From a virus, in IMG/VR virus record IMGVR_UViG_3300007735_000799, positions 1 to 64,000 of that record: a DNA stretch of 64,000 nucleotides; one strand, 5' to 3'. Positions 55,482-64,000 of the stretch are shown in pieces. The notes under the pieces are model-generated. The model was given only the letters and a program-made list of their open reading frames with translations, searched no databases and was not told where the DNA came from. Numbering within the stretch: position 1 is the stretch's first letter; each line of letters opens with the position of its first letter. Both the position numbers and the translations under genes were made by a program.

Positions 55482-55754
55482 TTAAGATTCCTGTTTTATA
55501 CTTTTAACAGAATCCAATGTGAAACTGCGCCAAGCACTCTTATCCAAATCCCAAACGGAAATGGTGGTATCGCTCTTCTTTCTAGGAGTCTTCGCTGTTG
55601 TGGATTCAACAACAGGAAGAACAGGAAGATGCTCGGTCTTCAAGGTGCAGCGCATCACTCGTTCAGAACCATCACGCTTGGTGAAGGTAACAACACAAAT
55701 GTTGTTGTGCAAAATTGCGCTGTATTCGTTTCGCTTATCTTCGGTGGTAATCAT
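55482..55754 (-). CDS. WYL_2/SH3 beta-barrel protein (DUF2693-like)
   Basis: VTFTKRDGSER.MRCTL...VWDLDK.AWRSF. Confidence 0.8.
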   Translation of the reverse strand: MITTEDKRNEYSAILHNNICVVTFTKRDGSERVMRCTLKTEHLPVLPVVESTTAKTPRKKSDTTISVWDLDKSAWRSFTLDSVKSIKQES

Positions 55755-55851
55755 CGTCGCGTTTCCTTGTCGTCAGTATACTTCATATAAGCCGACCATG
55801 CAAGAGTAATTGCTACAAAAACCAAAAGAAAAAATGTAACTGCGGAATCCA

Positions 55852-56082
55852 TTATTGATCCAACTTGTTATCGCTCAACCCACGAAACAATCCACTAAAG
55901 AATGCGTGTGTAAAGAAAAACGCTAGTGGAATCCATAGTGGAGAAAGAGTCCATCGCCAAGACCAATCCAATTGATCCATAACCTTCAGCACCACCAAAG
56001 TAATGGTGGAAGCGGCGGCGGCTGTTGCAACACTATTAAATGTATTGTTGGTTTGTTCCATGTGGTATATCTTACCACACAA
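55852..56082 (-). CDS. Small two-TM membrane protein
   Basis: LVVLK...LDWSW.W.LSPLWIP motif. Confidence 0.6.
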   Translation of the reverse strand: MCGKIYHMEQTNNTFNSVATAAAASTITLVVLKVMDQLDWSWRWTLSPLWIPLAFFFTHAFFSGLFRGLSDNKLDQ

Positions 56083-56097
56083 ATCAGGTTAAGTCAA
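56069..56097 (-). promoter_or_regulatory. Sigma70-like promoter
   Basis: TTGACT-N17-TAAGAT. Confidence 0.6.
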
Positions 56098-56508
56098 GGC
56101 TCTTCTGATTGCATTTCCTCTAGCAAGCAAAGGTAATTTTAAATCAGTAGAACCCTTCATTTTTGAAATTGATTTATAAACTTTACGAAGTGCTTTCAAT
56201 GAATTTTTACTTTCGTGAATCTCTACCGCTTGCTTATCACCGTCTGTGGCTAAAGCAACCCATCCACCGCTTCTACGCTTTTTTAAAGTTCCGTAGAAAC
56301 GACGCATGGCTCCTGTGGGTTCACGAAGTGCCCAATCGTAAGATTCTTTACCTACGCGATAATCTCGGTGTTTTTTAACCATAACAGTAATGCAAGGTTT
56401 TTCGTGACGCATATCTGTGGGACGAATAACAATTGTGCCTGATGGTTCCACAGGTTTGTCTTCATCTGCTCCAGTTAATCTGTCCCACAAATCTCTAAAA
56501 CTTGCCAT
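56089..56508 (-). CDS. Hypothetical protein
   Basis: 139-aa ORF. Confidence 0.5.
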   Translation of the reverse strand: MASFRDLWDRLTGADEDKPVEPSGTIVIRPTDMRHEKPCITVMVKKHRDYRVGKESYDWALREPTGAMRRFYGTLKKRRSGGWVALATDGDKQAVEIHESKNSLKALRKVYKSISKMKGSTDLKLPLLARGNAIRRALT

Positions 56509-56513
56509 TTGAT

Positions 56514-56708
56514 TTATTTACCGTAGTTTGGTTTTTTACGAGAATAAGGAGAAACTTCTATTGCTACAGAAACTTTTTCATCGTTTATTGGAGAAGCAGC
56601 AACAACTTTAAGAAGAGGCAATCCTGGTCTGTCTATAACAGTTCCAAAAAGTAAAAAATTATTGTATATTTCATTTGGAATAGAAACATTGACTACTTTT
56701 TTAGGCAT
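56514..56708 (-). CDS. Hypothetical protein
   Basis: 64-aa ORF with AGGAGA RBS. Confidence 0.5.
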   Translation of the reverse strand: MPKKVVNVSIPNEIYNNFLLFGTVIDRPGLPLLKVVAASPINDEKVSVAIEVSPYSRKKPNYGK

Positions 56709-56735
56709 AGAATATCTCCTTTAAGTATATTGCTA

Positions 56736-57542
56736 TCATAGTGTTTCCACTAATTGCTTAAGTTTCATGTAAACTCTAGATTGAACCATGACACTATTCT
56801 TAGCATTTTGTATATGAACATATCCTTTTTTGATGGCATCGTTGTCTAGTTTTATGTTACTAATTCTATCAGAATCATCACCATCCAAATATGTTGTTAC
56901 AGTAATTCCATATTTTTTTGCTAAAAACCATAAGTAATATTGCTCGGATATTGTGGCTGGCATCCATGTTTTTTCTTTATACATCACTTCAAATACATCT
57001 TTATTTTTTGCGTCTAAACTGAAATCCAAAGCACTCTTTGCATATTTTTTTATAAACTCATAATTTGTTCCACCAAAAATTCCCATGTTGTATGCTTTAT
57101 GTGTCTTATCTGGCAATTCAAATTCATATTTCTCACCTATGTTAGCATAAAATTTTTCAAGTTTATAATTATTGTATGCGTAAACTTCTGTACTCTGAAC
57201 CACAATATCATTTTGTATAAACTCTTCAGGAATAGGTTTCATTAAAAGAACATCGTAATCTATATGTAAAAATGGTTCTTCTTTTTCTGCCAATAGTTTA
57301 TAAGCATACAGTTTACCTAATGCCCAGTTACGATTTTCAACTCCATCAAAAACATCCAAATCTGTTGTTATGTTTGTGAATGGAGCATCTCGGAATAGAT
57401 CTTTACTTTTACTATCCGTAATAAGTGTTATTTCTTTATAGTGTTTCACGGCATAACTTGCGGATAGTTTATGCAACCCCAAAACATATTCGTTGGGTGT
57501 TTTTTGATATCCACCAGACCAATAAGACATATAAACCTTCAT
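56736..57542 (-). CDS. Putative GT-A glycosyltransferase-like protein (DUF6734-like)
   Basis: WALGKLYAY, PFLHIDYDV, YNMGIFGG, ISEQY. Confidence 0.65.
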   Translation of the reverse strand: MKVYMSYWSGGYQKTPNEYVLGLHKLSASYAVKHYKEITLITDSKSKDLFRDAPFTNITTDLDVFDGVENRNWALGKLYAYKLLAEKEEPFLHIDYDVLLMKPIPEEFIQNDIVVQSTEVYAYNNYKLEKFYANIGEKYEFELPDKTHKAYNMGIFGGTNYEFIKKYAKSALDFSLDAKNKDVFEVMYKEKTWMPATISEQYYLWFLAKKYGITVTTYLDGDDSDRISNIKLDNDAIKKGYVHIQNAKNSVMVQSRVYMKLKQLVETL

Positions 57543-57562
57543 AATTATAACTCCTATTTGTT

Positions 57563-57877
57563 TTATCGTTTGGCTGTTTGCCAGTCTGGAACTTGCGGGA
57601 GTGATTGGTCAGCAACTGCTTCTTTAGCATTTGCTCCTGCGGCTTTTAGCCACTTTGCAACTGTTTCTCTGCGTCGTTCCGCATGTAAAGCATTCTCAAC
57701 TTCCCAAGCAAATTTCTTGTGACGAATTTTCTTTTTGTCTATATCGTCTGTGCCTTCAAAATCTTCCACATCAAAATCAGCGGGAATCACATCAGCAAAA
57801 AATCCAAGACCATAATTGAAAATGGCTGTACTATTGCCTGCGCCTTCTTCCTTGATGTAATTCTTAAAAGACTTCAT
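57563..57877 (-). CDS. Hypothetical protein with MKSFKNYIKEE N-terminus
   Basis: Resembles the T4 capsid-targeting sequence. Confidence 0.6.
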   Translation of the reverse strand: MKSFKNYIKEEGAGNSTAIFNYGLGFFADVIPADFDVEDFEGTDDIDKKKIRHKKFAWEVENALHAERRRETVAKWLKAAGANAKEAVADQSLPQVPDWQTAKR

Positions 57878-58149
57878 TACTCAGATTTAGGAGTTTTAAT
57901 TTCTTCTGTTTCTTCTTCTTTGCAAGGTGTCTTAAAATATTGATTATAAGCCCACACCACAACCAAGAACACAACAGGCAGATACCATAGAATCCATCCC
58001 CAATTAGTTGTTAGATGGGCGTTGTTTGTAATTTCCCATTGAAGTTTCTTCATCACCACATTGTCTTTCGTGGTATCAGGAACAATAACTGGTGCTGTGC
58101 TGCAAGCCGTTAAAACGAGTGAAGCGATTAGTCCGATTAGGTATTTCAT
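57877..58149 (-). CDS. Putative lipoprotein with a C-terminal TM segment
   Basis: MKYLIGLIASLVLTAC lipobox. Confidence 0.6.
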   Translation of the reverse strand: MKYLIGLIASLVLTACSTAPVIVPDTTKDNVVMKKLQWEITNNAHLTTNWGWILWYLPVVFLVVVWAYNQYFKTPCKEEETEEIKTPKSE

Positions 58150-58159
58150 GTTTACTCCT

Positions 58160-58588
58160 TTACGACTTGTTTGCTGCTGCTGCTGAACCAAAGTAGAATC
58201 CTACAATGCTCAACAAGATTTGACGATTCTCTGATGTGAACAAGAACCCGTTGATTTCCACGAAGTACTTTCTCAGAACATCAGGCCCCAAGAAATTGGT
58301 TTGAGTTGCATCCACTTCAACGAATGTAGGAACACCAAAGAAGGGCAACACAAACGGAGCCAAGAAAGTTGCAAACAAGGTTGACAGAACTATAATCTGA
58401 CGCACTCCCTTACCCATATCTAACGGAACACGCTCAACTGCTTTTTGTTGATTATCGGTGGTCTGCTTGTTTGCAGCCATCATCTGCTGAAACATTTCTT
58501 TTTGATCTTGAGACTTCTGTGCTATAAAGCGAAACAGAAAGCCTACCGCTGAACCACCAAGCATTGACAATAGTTCTATCATAGGCAT
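58160..58588 (-). CDS. Multi-pass membrane protein (holin-like candidate)
   Basis: Three hydrophobic segments; ends ..IVGFYFGS; CTAAATA upstream. Confidence 0.45.
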   Translation of the reverse strand: MPMIELLSMLGGSAVGFLFRFIAQKSQDQKEMFQQMMAANKQTTDNQQKAVERVPLDMGKGVRQIIVLSTLFATFLAPFVLPFFGVPTFVEVDATQTNFLGPDVLRKYFVEINGFLFTSENRQILLSIVGFYFGSAAAANKS

Positions 58589-58632
58589 ACCAGCCCCTTT
58601 CTAAAAATACTAAAGTATTTAGGCGGCAAATG

Positions 58633-58658
58633 AAAAGGGGAGGAGTCTCCTCCTCCCC
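58633..58658 (-). terminator. Rho-independent terminator after the OMP gene
   Basis: GGGGAGGAG-GAGA-CTCCTCCCC-TTTT. Confidence 0.8.
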
Positions 58659-58681
58659 TCTCAAAGAATCTATTTTATAAA

Positions 58682-59452
58682 TCAGAACTTGATGCCGATA
58701 CCAGCAGTCACATTCCACGAGTTCTCGTTGGCAGCATTCATTTCCTGCCATACAGGAACGCCGAAGCCTGCGTTTAGGTCAACATTGTTGGAGACCTTCC
58801 ACTCAGCCTTTGGGCCAAGGAAAGCCACATTGCTGCCCTCGGTGTACCACTGGTTCAAGTCTACGCCGACCTGTAGACTGCTCCACTTGTAGGCAACAAA
58901 CGACTCAGCATTGAGACCGTAGTTGTTGAAGTTACCAAACACAGGAGTGTAAGCGTATGAGCCAACCCACAGAACATCAAAGGTCTGTGTGTAAGCAACC
59001 GAACCCCAAGTCATATCGTAATTAAAACCAACATGTGGGTTCACATTGTCGGTGTTGTAACCAGCAGAACCGGTTGGCATCCATGCGCCACCTTCAACAG
59101 CGAAGTTGGTGTTTGCACCAAGGAACTTTGCGTCCTTGACCAAACCGTATTCAACGCCGATGTCAATAGCACCGTAGCCTGTTACATCTTGCGAGTAAAC
59201 AGGAACAGTAATGTGCCATCCAAGCAAGTCATACAACTTGCCGCTGATGGTGGAATCCAACTCAGTTACAGTACTAACATTCGTCTTTCCCCAAAAGGTC
59301 AAGGTTTCATCAACCGAGATACTGTTGAAGAGAGAAGCCGATGCCTGCGGAGCAGGAGCGGTAGTAGTTGCAGCAGCCTGTTGAGCAACTGCATTGCTGT
59401 TTGCCAAAACTACTACGGCTACAGCAGCGAGGTATCTAAAGAATCGTGTCAT
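58682..59452 (-). CDS. Outer-membrane beta-barrel (porin-like) protein
   Basis: Signal peptide ending AVA-Q; alternating amphipathic strands; C-terminal GIGIKF. Confidence 0.75.
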   Translation of the reverse strand: MTRFFRYLAAVAVVVLANSNAVAQQAAATTTAPAPQASASLFNSISVDETLTFWGKTNVSTVTELDSTISGKLYDLLGWHITVPVYSQDVTGYGAIDIGVEYGLVKDAKFLGANTNFAVEGGAWMPTGSAGYNTDNVNPHVGFNYDMTWGSVAYTQTFDVLWVGSYAYTPVFGNFNNYGLNAESFVAYKWSSLQVGVDLNQWYTEGSNVAFLGPKAEWKVSNNVDLNAGFGVPVWQEMNAANENSWNVTAGIGIKF

Positions 59453-59544
59453 TACATTTCTCCTTATATAAGTTAAACCCCTCAACTCCGAGGGGTCTAG
59501 TATATTGGCCTGAAATGTGTTTAGGATACCATTTATAAAATGGT

Positions 59545-59694
59545 TTAGATTTTAACTTTTTCAGCACGAAGCGTCATGTTGATGTGTGCTGGATAAGTTT
59601 TAGGCAATCCTGAACGAGAAACGCCACTTGGACGATTTCTAGTTTTGTATCCGCCTTTTTTAAAAGCCTTACTCGTGTCCTTGTTCTTTGCCAT
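59545..59694 (-). CDS. Small basic protein (49 aa), not in the ORF track
   Basis: Manual translation MAKNKDTSKAFKKGGYKTRNRPSG... Confidence 0.4.
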   Translation of the reverse strand: MAKNKDTSKAFKKGGYKTRNRPSGVSRSGLPKTYPAHINMTLRAEKVKI

Positions 59695-59857
59695 CTGTTT
59701 TGCCTTTCACTTTCACTTCTTTCTTTACATCTTCAAGTTCTTCTTGCGCCTTTAACTCTTCTTTAGTTTCTGATGGTAGAGAAATTTCATTAACTGGTTT
59801 TATCTTACCAATCTCTACTCTTTCTCTAAAATTTGGCCCAAGAAAAAAATTACCCAT
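59669..59857 (-). CDS. Hypothetical protein
   Basis: 62-aa ORF. Confidence 0.45.
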   Translation of the reverse strand: MGNFFLGPNFRERVEIGKIKPVNEISLPSETKEELKAQEELEDVKKEVKVKGKTDGKEQGHE

Positions 59858-60753
59858 TAAGCGTATCCCTTCATCACCAAGTTGTGTGCTTGTGTGAAGC
59901 CTTTAACGATTTCGTTCCAATCACGAAGATTGATGAATGCTCTGTGTACAGTTTCTTCATCGCCAGAATCTCCACCTGAGCAGACATTTGCTTTCTTGCA
60001 AAGTGCATCAGGAATGAAACTCAGATCGCCGTAGACCGACCAAGTTTGACGGTATCCACCAAAAGTCTTCTTGATACCACCCTCAGAGTAAATCACCATG
60101 ATGGTTCCAATTCCAGGAATGATCTTTTCAATTGCGGGAATACCAGGACCTGTTGGATCGTCTAGCGTTGTTGCCTTCCATCCTTGTGGTGGACGGTTAT
60201 AAAAATCTGGAATCTTTGGTGCAGTTTTCTTACCACCGAATCCAAAAATCTTCTCTTGTAGAGAACGCTTTGCTTCTTCAAATATCTTACGCTGATAGTG
60301 TGGTGCACTGCCGCTAAGTTCAGCAGACTCCACCTTGGAGAAGTTATACTTCTGAGCCAAACCAGGAATAATCTCTGAGGCTAGGCGAGAAATCAAATCT
60401 CTTTCCTTCTGTGTGCATTCAGTATTGAGAATTTTTAGAACCTTTTCAGGACTGTTTGCATTGCTATTGATCTTTGCAGCCAATCGTGGAAGAACCACAG
60501 AAGAGAAACTTGTAAGAAGTAGTTGCTCTGCTGGAGTAGCCTTGGTCTTGAACCATCCAAAGAATTCATTTACAGGAATAACTATGTGTGGTGTCTTGTC
60601 TGAAAGTACGCGAAGCATCTCGTCAAGAGTAACTTCACGATCTTCGTTCACAGACTGATTTTCAACTTTTGGAGCGGCGATTTCGTTGGAAACAACCGAC
60701 TTGGGTTGAAACTTGGCGGCTTCTTCCTGTAATTTCTTATTGTAATGGTACAT
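59857..60753 (-). CDS. Hypothetical late protein
   Basis: 298-aa ORF with GGGAG RBS. Confidence 0.55.
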   Translation of the reverse strand: MYHYNKKLQEEAAKFQPKSVVSNEIAAPKVENQSVNEDREVTLDEMLRVLSDKTPHIVIPVNEFFGWFKTKATPAEQLLLTSFSSVVLPRLAAKINSNANSPEKVLKILNTECTQKERDLISRLASEIIPGLAQKYNFSKVESAELSGSAPHYQRKIFEEAKRSLQEKIFGFGGKKTAPKIPDFYNRPPQGWKATTLDDPTGPGIPAIEKIIPGIGTIMVIYSEGGIKKTFGGYRQTWSVYGDLSFIPDALCKKANVCSGGDSGDEETVHRAFINLRDWNEIVKGFTQAHNLVMKGYA

Positions 60754-60829
60754 TGTCTCTCCCTGAAAATAGGTTCTAGTTTATTTATGTTGCAAAATAC
60801 GGCGGTTAAAATTACATAAATACTCAAAA

Positions 60830-61462
60830 ATGCCTCTAAAGGAGCGTACCATGAACTCGGATTTTAACTTTCGTACCCCACTAAAAGCAAAGAACAATAT
60901 CCTATCGGAAGCGTTCAAGCGTATCGGCAAGATTGCCGCAGATAACTTTAGCCCACTCAAGGGTAAGGGTTCTGAAAACTTGGTGGAGGCGGTTACTCTA
61001 GACCCAACAGAACGAGAGATTTTTCTGTATACCGTGAACCATCATGGCATCTATCGCAGTCGCATCACCCCAATTATTGACAACTATAAAAAGAAGATCA
61101 GCGGTGGTAAGTTTGATCGTAACCTTGCAACCAAAGGATTCACCTACGCTGTTGAAGACGGCATCAAGGAATACAACAAAGAGAACGGAACCACAATCAA
61201 AATGAATCCTGCCTCGCGCATGCGCGTGGCTGAAAAGATGCTTGAGTATTACGGCGAAGAGATTGGCATGTCTGCTCGTAATGTATCGGTACACAAAGAA
61301 GAAGTGGCAGACGAAATTAAACTATCAGAAGTGTCGCCACCAGCAGGTGCTGCTCGCAGATTCTCCAAGAAGCCAGAAGTTAAAGCCTCTTTCAAGAAGC
61401 GTTACGGAGATCGTTGGAAGGAAGTAATGTACGCCACCGCTTGGAAAATGCACAATAAATGA
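60830..61462 (+). CDS. Hypothetical late protein
   Basis: ATAAATA at 60816-60822; C-terminal FKKRYG.RW.EVMYATAWK motif. Confidence 0.6.
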   Translation: MPLKERTMNSDFNFRTPLKAKNNILSEAFKRIGKIAADNFSPLKGKGSENLVEAVTLDPTEREIFLYTVNHHGIYRSRITPIIDNYKKKISGGKFDRNLATKGFTYAVEDGIKEYNKENGTTIKMNPASRMRVAEKMLEYYGEEIGMSARNVSVHKEEVADEIKLSEVSPPAGAARRFSKKPEVKASFKKRYGDRWKEVMYATAWKMHNK

Positions 61463-62031
61463 AATCGTTTCGCTCATTCCTAACCGAAGCACCTGATTGC
61501 GCCGAACAATCCAAATTTATTTGGAAGGGTGCGGTTAAATCTGTTGCTGTATGCAATTTCAAGGATGGGGTTGTATGGAAGGGAGCAACACAATCGGTTC
61601 CTCTTTTTAACATCAAGGGTGGTGTAATGTGGGAGGGTGTGCTGCAAGCCAAGGCTATCGGCAACTTCAAAGAAGGAATTCTTTGGGAAGGCATGGTTCA
61701 AGAAAAAGCCTTGTGCAACATTCGTGAAAATACCGTATGGCAAGGTATGCTTCAAGCCAAGGCAATTTGTAATTTTGGAACTGCTGATGTTCCTGATGCC
61801 AAACCGGTATGCAATCAAGAAACCGTATTCGTATGGCGAGAGATGGTTAAGAGTGAAGCCATTCTTAACTTTAATATGAAAATGAGTAATCACACTAAAC
61901 TTGCGATTGCATACACCTTTGTTATGAAGAATTCTTCTCCTAAAGTAAATAAAAAAACAGCCTCGGGGGATAAGCCCAAGGCTGTTAAAATCACACCAAA
62001 ACCAAATAAGGTTCAGGCGTCCAAAGCGTAA
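61459..62031 (+). CDS. 18-aa Trp-Gly repeat protein with MKSFRSFLTE N-terminus
   Basis: Five tandem xW(K/E/Q)GxxxxxxxxN(F/I) repeats; overlaps the stop of the previous gene. Confidence 0.65.
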   Translation: MKSFRSFLTEAPDCAEQSKFIWKGAVKSVAVCNFKDGVVWKGATQSVPLFNIKGGVMWEGVLQAKAIGNFKEGILWEGMVQEKALCNIRENTVWQGMLQAKAICNFGTADVPDAKPVCNQETVFVWREMVKSEAILNFNMKMSNHTKLAIAYTFVMKNSSPKVNKKTASGDKPKAVKITPKPNKVQASKA

Positions 62032-62831
62032 TTTTGCGCTTGCGATTTAGGGTTGTTGATGAAGTCTTCCATAGCCTTCATTATTTCCTCATACTGCTCG
62101 TACTGAACTTGATCCCGACCGTTCTTGTCTACGCATTTGGTAGCAACACGCGGTGAACGGAAATCGGGTTGACAATCCGCTAACACACCAGGATGATTGG
62201 CAATGTATTCCCGAGCCGTAGCAACACGATCAAGGTTGGTGGCAAGTACTGCTTCCACATCTAGTTTGCTCGTCAATCGTTCCCACACCTCATTGGATTC
62301 TACCATCGTGGTAAGTGTGCCGTTGCTGCGAACACACATGTTGGGAAGTGTGGTATTTCCCCAAGCGTACAATTTCTCCCACAGAAGTTTAGCAAGCGGC
62401 TGACGCATCAGAAGAAAATCTGAACCGCAAGCATCCAAACGAGTAGACAATCGGGGAAACACTTTATGCTTGCGATTCCAACAATTTGCATCTGTAATGC
62501 AAGTTTTCCAAGAATCTCTAACACACTCAAGTTCTGAGGAATGCAGGAAGATTGGATCTCTATCTTCCACGCGATCTAAAAAAAGAAAATGTTGAATATC
62601 CGTGATGCTGTACGGACACCACGCTCGCAGGAGATTCTTACCGATGCCGCGAGGAGACTCACCCACCCACTCGCGCATGAGAAAAGCAATTCTTGTATCC
62701 TCTTTGGTATCCAACTCCCAAAAGTGAGCCTCCACCACATTGTGGTAGTTTACACCGTACATGCCGATGCTGTGCTTGCCCAACACAGGAACGCCACACA
62801 GATTCTGAATTTCCAACAGATCGTCAGTCAT
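62013..62831 (-). CDS. Hypothetical protein
   Basis: 272-aa ORF with GAGG RBS. Confidence 0.55.
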   Translation of the reverse strand: MTDDLLEIQNLCGVPVLGKHSIGMYGVNYHNVVEAHFWELDTKEDTRIAFLMREWVGESPRGIGKNLLRAWCPYSITDIQHFLFLDRVEDRDPIFLHSSELECVRDSWKTCITDANCWNRKHKVFPRLSTRLDACGSDFLLMRQPLAKLLWEKLYAWGNTTLPNMCVRSNGTLTTMVESNEVWERLTSKLDVEAVLATNLDRVATAREYIANHPGVLADCQPDFRSPRVATKCVDKNGRDQVQYEQYEEIMKAMEDFINNPKSQAQNYALDA

Positions 62832-63060
62832 TTGTTTCCTCTTCTAAGATAAGAATTGCTCCGCGAGCCATGACATAATCCCAATACCCACGAGCGGTTT
62901 CAAGGTTTGTGGTGTAGACCTTTGGAGAGGCTGTCTCTCCTTTAACCCAATGCTTGAAAATCACAAATGTTGGATCAACACTATCGGCTTCAAACTGATA
63001 GATGTCGCATCTGTGTGCAGTTTGGTTCACGAGTTGCCACTTTCTTCGTGTGCGAATCAT
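62824..63060 (-). CDS. Hypothetical protein
   Basis: 78-aa ORF, ATGA-coupled. Confidence 0.5.
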   Translation of the reverse strand: MIRTRRKWQLVNQTAHRCDIYQFEADSVDPTFVIFKHWVKGETASPKVYTTNLETARGYWDYVMARGAILILEEETND

Positions 63061-63311
63061 TGCAGTTCACTCAGCCACTTGTGCCGAGCAATCAATCCAA
63101 ATTCTTTTCTGATAGGCTTGCCTTCACGAAACGCTTGCATCATGTCCATCAGGAACATGGTCATATGCTCGTCGCCTGCAATCAGAGTCTCGTCAAACAG
63201 AGTCTCAAACATTTCAATCAGGGCGTTGAGAGTAACAGGATACTTCTCTTCGCCGTGACGGTAAATCCACACCGGCTTCTGCTTGGTGTTTTTACGAACA
63301 GGCTTCTTCAC
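63057..63311 (-). CDS. Hypothetical protein
   Basis: 84-aa ORF, coupled. Confidence 0.5.
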   Translation of the reverse strand: MKKPVRKNTKQKPVWIYRHGEEKYPVTLNALIEMFETLFDETLIAGDEHMTMFLMDMMQAFREGKPIRKEFGLIARHKWLSELQ

Positions 63312-63568
63312 GCTCCACCCGTTTCCATCATCATTTTGCCGGTTTTGTAAAGTTCCGAAAGACGAAGAACAGGATGAGCCATTGCATCCCGAAACAGATT
63401 CAAGGTTCCGTGCAAGCCGTCAACCGTATCGCTCAACACGCTTGCAAAGTGCGGAGACACCAGAACGAGAGCGTCATCCTCATACGCTGCTTCGTGAATT
63501 GCGAAGAACTCGTTTCCTTCTTCATCAGTATCGTGGTGAACCACGCGATGATTCCATGTGAATGCCAT
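63308..63568 (-). CDS. Hypothetical protein
   Basis: WNHRVV...FAIHEA.Y motif recalled from small phage proteins. Confidence 0.55.
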   Translation of the reverse strand: MAFTWNHRVVHHDTDEEGNEFFAIHEAAYEDDALVLVSPHFASVLSDTVDGLHGTLNLFRDAMAHPVLRLSELYKTGKMMMETGGA

Positions 63569-63581
63569 TTTCTGTTTTCCT

Positions 63582-63935
63582 TTACTTGATGGGGTATGTG
63601 AACGGAACGGTCTGACCAGGCGTGAAAGACTGGTCGTTGCGAATCTCGGTCATCTCGGAACGATACTCACCACACTGCTTGGTGACATAGTGTTGCCACA
63701 GTTTGCGACCCTCTTCTAAACTACCTTTCCAATTGCTGAGAATCTTGCCAGGCTTGCCGTTGGCATCGTTGTGACGCACCAACACGCGGCACGGAACAAC
63801 TAATTTGTTGAATTGAGTTTTCTTGTGAATCACGAACTGCACCCACTCATGCTTGGCAACGCCGTTGTAGTTGTCTTGGATAAGCAACCAATAATGAATA
63901 ACTTCCCATCCCATTAGACGGTCTCCTCCAACCAT
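63582..63935 (-). CDS. Hypothetical protein
   Basis: 117-aa ORF. Confidence 0.5.
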   Translation of the reverse strand: MVGGDRLMGWEVIHYWLLIQDNYNGVAKHEWVQFVIHKKTQFNKLVVPCRVLVRHNDANGKPGKILSNWKGSLEEGRKLWQHYVTKQCGEYRSEMTEIRNDQSFTPGQTVPFTYPIK

Positions 63936-64000
63936 TCTGCGGCAGCGATAAGCCCCGCAGCAAGTTCACGAATCTTGGCAGGGTCATTCATTTCCACGCC

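Overview
64-kb segment of a large T4-like (myovirus-type) dsDNA bacteriophage genome; nearly all genes are on the minus strand. In order: fibre/collagen and virion genes, thyX, primase (gp61), a block of late genes with T4 internal-protein-like N-termini (including a lysozyme and a 999-aa NTase-RimK-RimB-like multidomain protein), helicase (gp41), a ~17-kb glycan biosynthesis island, uvsX, DNA polymerase (gp43), a putative DNA-modification module (N4/N6 MTase, SAM decarboxylase-like, Mom-like, DUF1599-like, dUTPase), regA and gp62/44/45. Then a dispersed array of 17 tRNA genes interleaved with fcl, purA, guaC and gmd, followed by membrane/OMP genes and small hypothetical genes; an 18th tRNA lies alone at 14.6 kb. 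Top observation: a tRNA-Lys(UUU) gene split by a compact 185-nt IC3-type group I intron, immediately followed by a free-standing HNH endonuclease. Also notable: rare-anticodon tRNAs (Ser-ACU, Ile-UAU), an enlarged tRNA-like RNA, and an apparent GDP-colitose pathway. Family assignments come from motif recognition by eye; no database searches were run.
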